Assembly (NCBI GenBank): GCA_044892505.1
Contig: CM097883.1
Coordinates: 138,322,001 to 138,386,000, forward strand
Length of the DNA stretch: 64,000 nucleotides
Source of the DNA: Schmidtea nova
Lineage: Eukaryota
Direction of reading: 5' to 3'
The position numbers were made by a program, and so were the translations under genes. The notes beneath the pieces are model-generated. The model worked only from the letters and a program-made list of their open reading frames with translations, was not told the DNA's origin and searched no databases. Every line of letters begins with the position of its first letter. The stretch's first letter is position 1. This document shows, piece after piece, positions 10,199-21,421 of the stretch.

Positions 10199-11662
10199 AT
10201 GGAACAAATTCAGTGGATACCAAATATCTATGATGCCTACCTCAAACTGCATCGAAACTATATGGGACAAGGCCCATTCCAAATCAATGAAAATACAAAA
10301 ATACCGAATTATTTAAGAAGCGATGACAGAAGAATGAAAACAAGAATCCTGAGAGTAAGCAGAAAAGGAGGAGTAAAGTTGATGGAAAATAGCAAAGTAA
10401 TGAATGAAGAAGAATTCACATTACATGTGTTGAAAGGAAAAGTGGAAATGATCGACGAAAATCAGCGGATATGGTGGGAAATGCACAAAGACTCATCGTG
10501 GAGAATGCGAGAGGAAGCATTAAAGAAGCATCTTAGATCGGCAAATGAAGACGCACTAATCGCGCTGGAAACAAGATTCAGAAACAGTAAAGAAGAAGTT
10601 CCGCAAACTGAGTCAGGATTGCCATCAGATCCAACGTTACTACCAATATCTGAAAATATGATGAAAAGAAGATTATCCTTCATTCGAAAAGAATTAAACC
10701 AAGAAGAAATAAGAAGCAGGATATTGTTTATCGACGCAGAATACGGCACATCAGAAAATGGACAAATGGTGCCATTGTCAATCGCCATTATGAATTATTT
10801 TGGGAAAATAATTAAAAATATATACCTCACGCCGAGAGGAAAAATGAGACATTTCCAATCGAGAATACATGGCATCACAGAGATTGCGAGTAGGAACCAA
10901 TGCGACCAATATTTGGAGATGAAACAAGTTCAGAATTTAACTGTTGGGAAAATATTGGTTGGCCATGATTTGCATGCAGAACTGCAGTATTTGAAAATTT
11001 GGACAAATCAATTATATGGCATTCGAGATTTGTCCACGGCAAAGGCACTTGAGTTGCAAGGGATATCGAGAAAAGGTGAATTTTTCAAACTGAAAACTGT
11101 GGTTGAACAAATGCTTGGAGAACAAACGCAAGTGCGCATCCATTCAGCCCTGGAAGATGTCAAAAACATTCGGAAAATATATTTAAAAATTGAAAATTCA
11201 TGGATTGATGATATCCAAATTCCCAAAGCAACCCCATCAAAGAAGTATTCATTGGAGGAATATCGAAAAGTTCATACCATAAACACAATGCCAACGACGA
11301 GCACGGCAATTACGAAAACCATTGCCCTGTCTGTGGGAATTGAGAAAATGGCAGAGCAAATCGATTTGACAGAGGATATGGAAGTTGATTTGGAAATTGG
11401 GAAATCGGAATTGAAGTTGGCAACAGAAAATGATCTCGAGGCAATTGAAGAAAGCGTTGAGGTAATAACCGGTTTGTCTATCGCAAGAGTTTCAATATCA
11501 TATGAAAATGGACCGATACTCCACCTTGAAAATAGAAAAAGAAAATATTCACAAATAGAAGCAAGTGAAACCATAACGGTAAATGGGATTATTTACCAGC
11601 GTGAAAAAACATTTATCCGTTACAAAAGTGAAGTTGGAAAAATCGAATTAAAACTGGACTAA
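10199..11662 (+). CDS. Accessory ORF with DEDDh 3'-5' exonuclease domain (ISG20/REX4-like)
   Basis: ExoI LFIDAEYG (10733), ExoII LVGHDLHAE (10961; E at the usual D position), ExoIII HSALED (11141); tttcag acceptor-like site ending at 10196, just before the ATG. Confidence 0.85.
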   Translation: MEQIQWIPNIYDAYLKLHRNYMGQGPFQINENTKIPNYLRSDDRRMKTRILRVSRKGGVKLMENSKVMNEEEFTLHVLKGKVEMIDENQRIWWEMHKDSSWRMREEALKKHLRSANEDALIALETRFRNSKEEVPQTESGLPSDPTLLPISENMMKRRLSFIRKELNQEEIRSRILFIDAEYGTSENGQMVPLSIAIMNYFGKIIKNIYLTPRGKMRHFQSRIHGITEIASRNQCDQYLEMKQVQNLTVGKILVGHDLHAELQYLKIWTNQLYGIRDLSTAKALELQGISRKGEFFKLKTVVEQMLGEQTQVRIHSALEDVKNIRKIYLKIENSWIDDIQIPKATPSKKYSLEEYRKVHTINTMPTTSTAITKTIALSVGIEKMAEQIDLTEDMEVDLEIGKSELKLATENDLEAIEESVEVITGLSIARVSISYENGPILHLENRKRKYSQIEASETITVNGIIYQREKTFIRYKSEVGKIELKLD

Positions 11663-12034
11663 AAACACATATGTATATATATATTTTAATTAATTAATAA
11701 ATATTTTATTGTCTTTGATTTTGGCGTCCCATCCCAAAATAAGTTAAATAAACCAAAAAAATAATAATATAGAAATTATGAATATGATAAAAATAACCCT
11801 CATACAATACGAGAGCATTAACATCATAGTCAGCAAAAAAAAAATTGTTAGAAACATTATTAAGAGTATTATTATTATTGTTATTATCATCATTATAAGT
11901 ATTAATTCATTATTATTATTATTATTATCAAAGTATTGTTATAATTATTATTAGTAGGGGTAACGTATATTCATTATCATTTATATTATGATCAATTATA
12001 AAAGACATTATAAATAATTATTGGTATTATTACG

Positions 12035-12184
12035 NNNNNNNNNNNNNNNNNNNNNNNNNNNNNNNNNNNNNNNNNNNNNNNNNNNNNNNNNNNNNNNNNN
12101 NNNNNNNNNNNNNNNNNNNNNNNNNNNNNNNNNNNNNNNNNNNNNNNNNNNNNNNNNNNNNNNNNNNNNNNNNNNNNNNNNNNN
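12035..12184. other. Assembly gap (other gaps: 13259-13415, 51141-51306, 51497-51642, 55314-55458)
   Basis: N runs. Confidence 1.
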
Positions 12185-12360
12185 CTTGTTCAAAAAAAAA
12201 ATTAGTATTATTAGTGAGAACATATTGTTATAATTATTATTATTAAAAGAATAATTGTTATTATTAATATCATTATCAAAATATTAGTAGTATTATCATG
12301 ATTATTATTATTATTATTATTATTGTTAGTATTATTATTATTATTATTTTTATTTTTATT

Positions 12361-12721
12361 ATTATCATCATCATCATTAATATTAAAAATGTTTATAGAT
12401 CTTCTCATTACAGTTAATCAAATTAATCAAAATTATTTATGCAAATCTAAAATTAACAGAAATAAAAATTGATTACATACCAATTTTCCATCGATCCTTT
12501 TCACAATTCCAAAATATTCCAACAATTGAAACTTATTATTATTATCATCATCATCATTAACATTAAAAATGTTTATAGATCTTCTCACTACAGTTAATCA
12601 AATTAATCAAAATTATTTATGTAAATCTAAAATTAACAAAAAAAAAAAAAAAAAATTGACTACATACCAATTTTCCATCGATCCTTTTCACAATTCCAAA
12701 AATAGCCCAACAATTGAAACC
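12361..12721. repeat. Tandem duplication, 180-bp unit x2
   Basis: 12361 and 12541 both begin attatcatcatcatcattaa and are near-identical through caacaattgaaac. Confidence 0.9.
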
Positions 12722-13128
12722 GAATGTGAATAGAAAACCATTTCAGAGCAGCTATTTTCTTTTTCTCTTCTGCTGCTGCAAAGTTCCTTTTTATAAAATC
12801 ATAAAGAGAAATTGAAAGATTTGTAATGAAAATCAATCAGAGACAACAACCGGAAATATGTGAATTGCCATAAAATCATTTTCGTCAAAGTTACCAAAAA
12901 TATTATCAAAAAAAATTTTTAAAACTTGTAAACAAAAAATATATATATATATCAAGTCAACACCCAACCCAATATTGACTCATATTTTCAAATTCAGCTC
13001 CAGTTAAATTCAAATAATAGCCTGGTTGTTACTAATTTTAGATGCATCAAAAATTGATTAAAATATGTTTCGTTTAAATTGACTGAATTTGAAAAGGAAA
13101 TTTAGTTTATTCAACTTATCGCAATATT

Positions 13129-13243
13129 TTCGGCTATGCCGATCAAAGGGAATAAATAATAATCGGCAAAGCCGATTTAAAACAAGTAACACAAATAATT
13201 ATCGGCAAAGCCGATTTTAAAGTAAACATCGGCAAAGCCGATT
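13129..13243. repeat. Four short hairpins ATCGGC-AAA-GCCGAT in the element 3' region
   Basis: Palindromic units at about 13129, 13161, 13201 and 13228. Confidence 0.85.
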
Positions 13244-13560
13244 TAACAATTAAATATTNNNNNNNNNNNNNNNNNNNNNNNNNNNNNNNNNNNNNNNNNN
13301 NNNNNNNNNNNNNNNNNNNNNNNNNNNNNNNNNNNNNNNNNNNNNNNNNNNNNNNNNNNNNNNNNNNNNNNNNNNNNNNNNNNNNNNNNNNNNNNNNNNN
13401 NNNNNNNNNNNNNNNGTATTAACTAGTAATTATCAACTTATTGTTATTATTATTATTATATGACCATTGCAAAAAAAATAAATAAAAATATAAATAAATA
13501 AACGAATTATTGTCAAATTCGTATTGTTACTTTATCGTTAACAATTTATTATTCGAATTC

Positions 13561-13603
<43 letters not shown>

Positions 13604-13831
13604 TATTATTATTATCATTATTATTATAACATTATTATTAGAATTATTAGAATTTTTATATCGTTAATATTAGAATAATTAGCATTATTATCATTATTGC
13701 AATTGTTATTATTATCGTTATAAGTATAATTATTACAGTTATTATAATTAATTATTATTGTTATTATAATCAATATGAAATTATTATAATAAATTATTAT
13801 TAATGGAAAAATAGATTCGAGGACGAATCTT

Positions 13832-13849
13832 AAATAAAGGGGTGAGATA
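13832..13849 (+). other. Polypurine tract
   Basis: aaataaaggggtgagata directly before the LTR TG. Confidence 0.6.
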
Positions 13850-14613
13850 TGTTGGGGTTAGTATAAAAATCACAAAAGTAACAAGAAATATCGAAATAAA
13901 TTAAAATGCAAAAAATTAATTAAAATTTATCAAAAATGTAAAATTAATATTCACTGGGGGAAATGGGTATGGTTGAATACCAAATCAAAAGACGAACCCA
14001 AAATTAATAATAGAAATTTAATAAGGGGTCCCCAGAGAAAGTTATTTAATAAAAACAAACTAATTAAAATTAATTAATCGCTCAATGGGAAACCCGAGAC
14101 AATGGGAAGCCCGAGGCAATGGGAAACCCGAGCGATGAGGAAAGCCCGAGCGCCAAAAGACCCGAGAGATCAAAGTCGGGGCAATTAGGGAAAATCCATC
14201 CGAGGATAATTAAAATAATTTGTTAGCCAAACAATTAAACCCGATATTGGTTAACTTTTAGGTATCGATAAAACCTAATTGCTATGTGCTAGAACTATAA
14301 AAGGCAGCGCAAAACAGAGGACGGGGCCGACGAGCGGACAGTCAAAAAGAGATTATTAAAAAGACTTTGAAAGCGAATAGAAAAAGATCCTGAAACGATT
14401 AAACAGACAAAGTAAGAAAGCATCTTGTGAATTAAAGAGTCAAATCCGAATCGAAAGAAAGCGTAAATTAATCAAACGTGTGTGTAACTAAAATTGTAAT
14501 TTGTGTTGATCGCGAATAAAAAGATTGTTCTGTGTTGGGTTCATTGATTTCGATAATTAAAGAGCACGAGGAGTCAGGTCAGTAAACCGATCTTACAGAA
14601 TAATAACCCAACA
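13850..14613 (+). repeat. 3' LTR (764 bp)
   Basis: Starts TGTTGGGGTTA and ends TAACCCAACA (terminal inverted repeat); TATAAAA at 14296; AATAAA at 14515; no TGG-type PBS follows. Confidence 0.82.
14083..14166 (+). promoter_or_regulatory. U3 enhancer-like repeats CAATGGGAA(A/G)CCCGAG
   Basis: Three near-perfect and two degenerate copies upstream of the LTR TATA box. Confidence 0.55.
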
Positions 14614-15367
14614 GCTTGTCTGAGATAACAGAGGAATTAGTTAAAAATTCGGTAATTTGTTTAGAGGCAAAAATTGAAACAAGTGAAAGCAAGAAAGCTA
14701 CTAGATCGATTTGACCAATTATAGTTAAGTGTTCGTAAATTCAAAGTTATTATCCCATAGTGCTATTCTTCACGAATCGTCGCAATAAACACTGAGTAAC
14801 AACCGGTTGCAATAATGAATCAATTGCATCGTTGTGATTATCTAATAACTTCTACTGGTCAATAAAAGATTATATTATCTGGAATTCGTTATAACTGTTG
14901 ACAAACCAAACACACTTTGTGGCGAGTCCAATAATTTTTAATTTGCTTAAATTGCAGTCCCAACAATATTATTTGGCTCTTCATAAAGCACATTTATCCC
15001 AATAAATTGTAATGTGAAGGTTAAATAAAACGTATAAATTGCTTTATTATTCGTAAGCTTTTAATTTTTGAGTATGGAAAAAGTTTAATGGCCATACTCC
15101 TAAGGATGTCTCGAAATTTTGATACGATGGTCAGGATGTCGGCAACTAATTAAGTTTGAGCAACTCTGGGTTAATTAAAAAAGTTGTTTGAATTCATTGT
15201 CACTAATTGTTGAAAATATTTTTTTAATTTAAGACTTGTAGAACGAAATTAAAAAAAAATAAATTTAACTTTTTTTAAATTTTAGAATTATTGATATTAA
15301 TGGATATAATCATAGAAATAAATTGAATACAAATTAATAAATAAATAGACATATTGAAAATAAATAT

Positions 15368-15649
15368 ATGATTCATTCCGTCGCAGAAAATGTCTACTTC
15401 CCCGAAAATATCGAGTTGGACTCCTGCATCCAAAAGATTAATATCAATGATATTGGTGTCCACAAAGCCCTCTGGGTGTTCTTTGTTTTGTTGGTCATTT
15501 TCGTCGTCCTTACCCTTTCGGTAGTCGCTGTGATGGAATTCTTCAAAATATATCTAGAAACCCAGGAACAAAATACGGAACTGTTGAAACAAATGATTCA
15601 GAAAACGGTTAATAATCTTTTTGAAAAACCTCCAGATTCGTCAGACTAA
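15368..15649 (+). CDS. 93-aa ORF with one predicted transmembrane helix, unknown function
   Basis: ALWVFFVLLVIFVVLTLSVVAVM; GC-richer than its flanks; no family recognised. Confidence 0.4.
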   Translation: MIHSVAENVYFPENIELDSCIQKININDIGVHKALWVFFVLLVIFVVLTLSVVAVMEFFKIYLETQEQNTELLKQMIQKTVNNLFEKPPDSSD

Positions 15650-16139
15650 AATTTAAGGTGACCTAATAGGATTTGAAATATATTTCCTAGTTTGATTCGT
15701 TTGTAAGGGAATTTGACATGTTGATTAAATGCAAATTTATTTTAATTGTAATATTGTCAATAATGCATAAAATTGTCTATTTGTCATGTTTACTGAAGGG
15801 TTGTCATAATTATAAAATCAGCCTTACCGATTTGATCTATAAGGGAGACTTAAAAAAAGTCTTAATTTTTAAAGGAAAATAGTTATTAACAAAATTATTA
15901 ATAAATAATATCTATGGTGATGGTGTAAAACAACCCCCCCCTTTTGGAGAGAAAAAAATTATTTTTCAATTAATTTTGTTGAAGATACTTAAATAATAAA
16001 ATTAAATAATATCATAAATAAATAAAATAATTGGGGGGAAAACTGACAGGTAAACGAGACAATGTTCTGGAACTTGGAGAAGAAGAAGGACGAGAAAATA
16101 TTGAGAAATGAGAAAATATTAACAAAATAATAGAAATTT

Positions 16140-17424
16140 GGTGATCCTCTGTTATAGGGATACCAAAAATTAATTAAATAATTTAAAAAAAATAATAATA
16201 AAAATATTTATTTAATGACTAAATATTCAATAAATACTTGAAACGGCTAGCCAAAACAAATATAATAAATTATGTTCGCTTCGATTTTGTCTCGAAATCC
16301 TCCACGGCGATCCTCTGTTATAGGGATACCAAAAATTAATTAAATAATTTTAAAAAAATAATAATAATAATGTTTATTTAATGACTTAATATTCAATAAA
16401 TACTTGAAACGGCAAGCCAAGCCAAAACAAATCTAATAAATTATGTTCGCTTCGATTTTGTCTCGAAATCCACATCCTGAAATCAATAAACGAGGCCTTT
16501 TCTAAAAACGAGCATCCTCGCTTTCTTCTTAAATCAGTTTTCAAATTGCCCCAGTGTCCTTCAATTGTATTCGTGTGAACGCCAGTTTCGGCGTTTACAT
16601 ATCCCACCTCATGATTTACTGCTTGGTGCTCATATCTAAAGTTGTGAATCATGCTTAAATTAAAACTGGCTGTGTAGTATCCAGGCCACATATCAGAATA
16701 AATTTTGGTTCCAGGTTTTATGAATTTGGTAATTATTCCTATTAAAGTATTCCTATCTTTTTTTCCCACTACTTGTGAATACCATTTTTTTGTTCTTCGG
16801 CAAATTCCACCGAATAACCAAACTTCGCGGTATCTTTTTCCTCGGTTATATTTTGATTTTTTAGAAATCAGAGTTTTGTCGATTTCTACTATTTCGCCTT
16901 CCCCGCCAATCATGAGCTCTTCGTCGGTTAACTTCAATAGAGAAGTAGAACAAATTTCACTAAAAAAATTGTTCCAATCGGCCATTGTTTGATTACACAA
17001 GTTTAGCAAGGCCTGTATTTTTAACGTAGGTATATCCATTACCCACAAATATGCAAGAACTACTAATTTCGAAAGCGGTAATTTCGATTTAGTAAAAAAA
17101 CTATTTTTTTCTTACCGAAATTGTAGAACATTTTTTTGGACATTTAAAAATATATCCGTCATTCGAAGAATTCTTTTTAACTAAAGTCATATTACTGCTG
17201 CACGCACATGTAAAGTTGGTCTTAAGTACGCCTTTATCTTGTAAATATTTTATTGTTTTGAGTTTATCATTTGAAACTTCAAATATTTCGTAGAGGTTTA
17301 GTAGTTTTTCCATTTTAAGGATTAGACAATTTTTCGAATATTTAGTCATTAAATAAATATTTTTATTATTATTTTTTTTAAATTATTTAATTAATTTTTG
17401 GTATCCCTATAACAGAGGATCGCC
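16140..17424 (-). mobile_element. Merlin (IS1595/ISXO2-like) DNA transposon with frameshifted transposase
   Basis: TIR GG(T/C)GATCCTCTGTTATAGGGATACCAAAAATTAATTAAATAATT at both ends; 8-bp TSD AGAAATTT (16132-16139, 17425-17432); VEIDKT, SDMWPGY, HTNTIEGHW; N-terminal ORF 17349-17101 joins 17048-16386 after a 1-nt shift in an A run. Confidence 0.95.
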
Positions 17425-17845
17425 AGAAATTTAACAATAAATCAAGAAAGGTCATATATATAATTGATAAGTGCAAAGGGAAAAGGCAATTGCGAAATTG
17501 GAAAACAAAAACAAGAATAAAATTCATATCTTGACAATTTATCAGAGATATCAGGAGTGTGGAGGAAAAGTGATTTTTCTGCTTTTGTTCTGCATTTTTG
17601 TTGATTATTTTATATGGAAATGATTCTGGAATAAATGTTTTAATCTTACGCTTGATTTTCATTATTTTAAATCGGTGAAGCGATTAGTAAATTCGATAAA
17701 TAGAAGGTCGAAATGACCCGTAACGAGCACAGGTCAGCAAAAGCAAAATAAACGTACCTAAATGAATATTTTCTGCAAATACATTATATATAACCTTTTT
17801 GTCTTAGCACTTAAATCGATCTTAAGTATTTAATTTTAGATTTAG

Positions 17846-18211
17846 ATCGAAGATCTACTGAAAGTAGCCCTGAGAATTGACGGAAATGTCAAGTTCGTTC
17901 AACAGCAAATTCGTGAACTTAAGGGAGATAAGCACAAATTAGTGCTAGAGAATACTTCATTGAAGACGCAATTGGATAAACTCAAAGCGCGATGCCACCA
18001 GATGGAAGTAACATGGGTCAGTGCGGACAAATTGAACCCCGGTAGGAAACAAAATCAACTCCTACAGAAGCAGGCAAAAGAAGATACCATTATAATGAAA
18101 GCATTAAAAATGACACTCAAGGATCGAGAGGCTCAACTGGCTATGTCTCAAACTGATTTAATGCCCTCAACATCTTCTAATCAAACGGAATTATTCCCCG
18201 CAAATCACTAA
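17846..18211 (+). CDS. Coiled-coil exon or ORF, start unresolved; resembles ORF 33744
   Basis: Open frame from an acceptor-like tttag at 17845: IEDLLK..VQQQIRELK..LKTQLDKLKARCHQMEVTW. Confidence 0.45.
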   Translation: MEDLLKVALRIDGNVKFVQQQIRELKGDKHKLVLENTSLKTQLDKLKARCHQMEVTWVSADKLNPGRKQNQLLQKQAKEDTIIMKALKMTLKDREAQLAMSQTDLMPSTSSNQTELFPANH

Positions 18212-18630
18212 AAAGTCACCAATAATGCAAATATGATTCCGATTGCTCGCAACAAGTTTCTAGCAAAGTAATTCGTGCTAGATGAAGAAGTCTGCAAGAG
18301 ACGAGATTACTCGGACAAATGAAGTCTGCTGAAATAACTTGTGACAGAATTATTCGTTTTCATTTTGTTTAGATATAGTGTTAATTTTTTTTGTTTAATT
18401 ATATTTTATTTCTATGATTATTAATTTAATTTAATTCTTTATTAAAATCATTAAAATACATGACAAGTTTCTATCAATTAGATTTTCAATAGTTAATATA
18501 AAATTTACTTTTTGGAAAAGATGAGACAAAAGATGAGGAAAAAATATTTTTACCATTTTATAGTCTAATGGAACAATCTATTTAAATTCTATGCTGGTGA
18601 TATAGGAAGCGTGTATATAGTTTAAATAGC

Positions 18631-18950
18631 TGAAGGGACAAAAACGGGCAATGTACCTTCTATCAGTGGCCCTTAAACCCACCCGAGACATTCAGTCAAT
18701 TAAAATTTTAACGCATTTGAAGCTCACTTTTTAGGGATATCCAACCAATTGTTACATTATCAACGTTTAACGCATTTGAAGCTCACTTTTTAGGGATATC
18801 CAACCAATTGTTACATTATCAACGTTTAACGCATTTGAAGCTCACTTTTTAGGGATATCCAACCAATTGTTACATTATCAACGTTACTGCGTAATTGGTA
18901 ACAAGATGGTTATACAATGTTTACATGCGACGTTATTGAGGGTAGAGCCA
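18631..18950 (+). repeat. Diverged copy A of the ~245-bp structured repeat, with an internal 59-bp unit x3 (18707-18883)
   Basis: Shares gaagggacaaaa..gggca..accttctatc and ttgttac..gtaacaagatggtt with the copies at 23757, 50452 and 54542. Confidence 0.8.
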
Positions 18951-19072
18951 GATTAATTAGTTTTCGTTTATTTGCCAATAACCCCCACTTTATTTAATTA
19001 CCAAAATTATACAATCTGATAAAATAGTGAATTATATTAAAGTTATAATACTGATGAATGATTGATTTAGAT

Positions 19073-19400
19073 CAGTGGTTCCCAACGGAAGCGGCACCGC
19101 CCATCACTGGGCGCTACAGAGATCTAGGGTGGCGTATTTGGTCACAAGCACATTCAGGGGACGTTGAGGACTATCCGCCGCCCCATAGGCAATGGAACGA
19201 ATCACAACATAGGCCATGTGCAAGTCATGACAAGATTTACACAAGTGCAGAGTATCGAATCTATGCACGTTTTGATAGGTTCATTAAACATTTTATTATA
19301 AATACGCGAGGCAGAGCATCTGTAAACTTAAAATTTAGTTTATCAGTTTCAAAATATTTCCTTTGTCGAAACAAATGATGGCGACATTCTGGATTATTGC
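19073..19400 (+). mobile_element. hAT (Buster/Charlie-like) left-end fragment
   Basis: CAGTGGTTCCCAAC terminus; no matching right TIR found. Confidence 0.5.
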
Positions 19401-20199
19401 CAGCACTTAAAGAAGATTTTACAAATATATTTCACGATGTCCTCAACATGACGGCCCCAATTTCAAATTAATCAGGATAAAAAGTTTAATTTTTAAACGA
19501 AGGAAAATATTTCATATCATAAATAGTTCATTAAGCTTCTTTTTAAAATTGTAAAATAATAAAAAATAATCCGAAAAATTTTAATACATGCTTATTTATA
19601 CCATTTTTATGAAGGTAAATACTTTTTTGTATATAATACCATAACGATATCTCTTAAAATAATTTAGTACTTATTTATACCATTTTTAAAAAATGTAAAA
19701 TACAGTGTTAAAAGGGGAAATACCAAATAATTTTGAAAATTTTATTTTCAACAATTAGATTTCAAGCGCATTAATAGTTTGTGGTTAGCTTTTATTATAA
19801 TTGTTTTTGTTATAATTCAAATTTCAAATTATTACCAAATTACAAAAAATTAAACATTTTTTAAATTATAATATTGTTAAGGATACCTAAATTAGAAATA
19901 ATATAATAAATAAACAAAATTACTTAGGGGGAAATCGTCATGGGGAATGACACGATTGATAGGAGCAAGCGTTACTTAATAGACGAAACGAAACAACTAA
20001 TGGTAAGAATATTTTTATAATAACGTGAAAAAGGATAACAGAAAAGTAATTTATATTCCAAACAATTAATGCGTTACCACTGATGGAGAAAATTTATTTG
20101 TAAAAGAGGAAAATAATTTGTCGGGCAAATAAATTGAATCTCGCGTCACAAAATCTAACAATCAAAATGTATGTTTATGCACCGTATTATTCACCAACT

Positions 20200-20750
20200 G
20201 ATATAATTAATAATATTATCTCATGGAATCAGCAGACAATCTCGTGGACTTATGCCTCGCCAGTCATGCATTAAAAATCCTATTTCATCCAAAAATAAAT
20301 TATTATTATCGCTTATTTCTGCAATTAATCTCATTGCATTTCCAGCGCAATCACGCCTCACTCTTAAATTGTCGGCATCATTTCTACTTTCAGTCATATC
20401 TAGAAGTCCTTTGGCCGTATAGTGAAATTGTCTTAAAGATCGGAATTGTGCTGTCTACAAAATTACTTTACCAAGAGCTTCAATAAATTTTACTTATTTG
20501 TTTAAAAGTAAAGCAGGGAACTTTGTCCCCAAATCCACATAATAAACTTTTTTCTTCATCTTTGAGCACTGACTAATGATCACCATTTCGTGGTAAACTA
20601 GTAGTTATATTCTCGGATCTGTAGATACTGATTACAGAACCTAATGGGCCACGCGGATTCCTTAAAAATCAGCAATATCCTTTACTTTCTTTCATACTAA
20701 GAATTCTTCAATAATAGGTTGCCTGATTTGGTTGGTAAGTCTGTTAACCA
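20200..20750 (-). pseudogene. Decayed IS630/Tc1-like transposase
   Basis: Minus-strand translation gives RLTNQIRQPIIEEF..VKDIADF (HTH-like) and RNDADNLRVRR..LFLDEIGF (first catalytic D), with stops and frameshifts. Confidence 0.5.
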
Positions 20751-21112
20751 TTTTGTTTGGGGTTATAAACAATCATGCAAAAAGGAAAGAAAAATAAGAA
20801 AAACGTAAAATCAATCAATTAATAATTACACATTCGAAGAGGTACAAATCAATATTTTTCAATTGGGAGGAGTAACCGGTGGCAAATTGAAAGTTGAAGA
20901 CGAAAAACAATTTTAATTGATGGGTGTTCCCTGGAAGGGACTAGAGCAAATATTTGAATTAATTAATTAATTAATTGATCACATTAATCATTCAAGTAAT
21001 CTCGTCAATCATCGAGGAAGGAAGAACCAAATCTCGAATTAGATGGACTGTGAAGCTCGAAAATAACTATAGAGAAATTGCCTGTCCGACTCAAAGAAGA
21101 AAGCCTGTAGAG

Positions 21113-21421
21113 CAGTGGTTTCCAACCTTTTTGTACCGGCGCCCCTTTTCAAAAAAAAAAGTTGGTGCGCCCCCCTTTAAAAAACAAATTGTTGCGTCCA
21201 AACGCGAAAGCGAGATATTTCGTTCCAAGAAGAGTATGGATGGGATGTTTTAACATTTGTACCCGAAAAATTAGCGGCGAGGATTGTGGATTACGAATAC
21301 CGCTGATTCATTTTTTTGACACCTATTCGACTTTTTTGGTTTGTATTCGAAAATGATATTTTTGAAACAGCTGCATGCCCCTTGCAACAGTCTCGCGCGC
21401 CCCACAGGTTGGAAACCACTG
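21113..21421. mobile_element. hAT/Buster MITE (309 bp)
   Basis: TIR CAGTGGTTTCCAACC / GGTTGGAAACCACTG; perfect 8-bp TSD CTGTAGAG with central TA. Confidence 0.95.

Larger units (their letters stand above)
1..14613 (+). mobile_element. Giant env-bearing Ty3/Gypsy-type LTR retroelement (5' LTR and ORF start outside window)
   Basis: Uninterrupted gag-pol ORF with PR-RT-RH-IN order, accessory ORF, purine tract and LTR with TGTTGGG...CCCAACA termini. Two N gaps lie between ORF2 and the LTR, so that linkage depends on scaffolding. Confidence 0.88.

Noticed and set aside
12008-12408. ORFs spanning N gaps or (ATT)n tracts (also 51100-51783 and 55279-55513)
   Set aside because: Artefacts of N runs and simple repeats; only the ABCD-like first codons of 51783 were kept.
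13843-14597. Alternative LTR limits TGAGAT...TCTTACA
   Set aside because: 13850-14613 gives a much better 10-bp terminal inverted repeat.
17101-17112. Programmed frameshift in the Merlin transposase
   Set aside because: A 1-nt homopolymer indel or sequencing error is simpler, and no stimulatory structure was seen.
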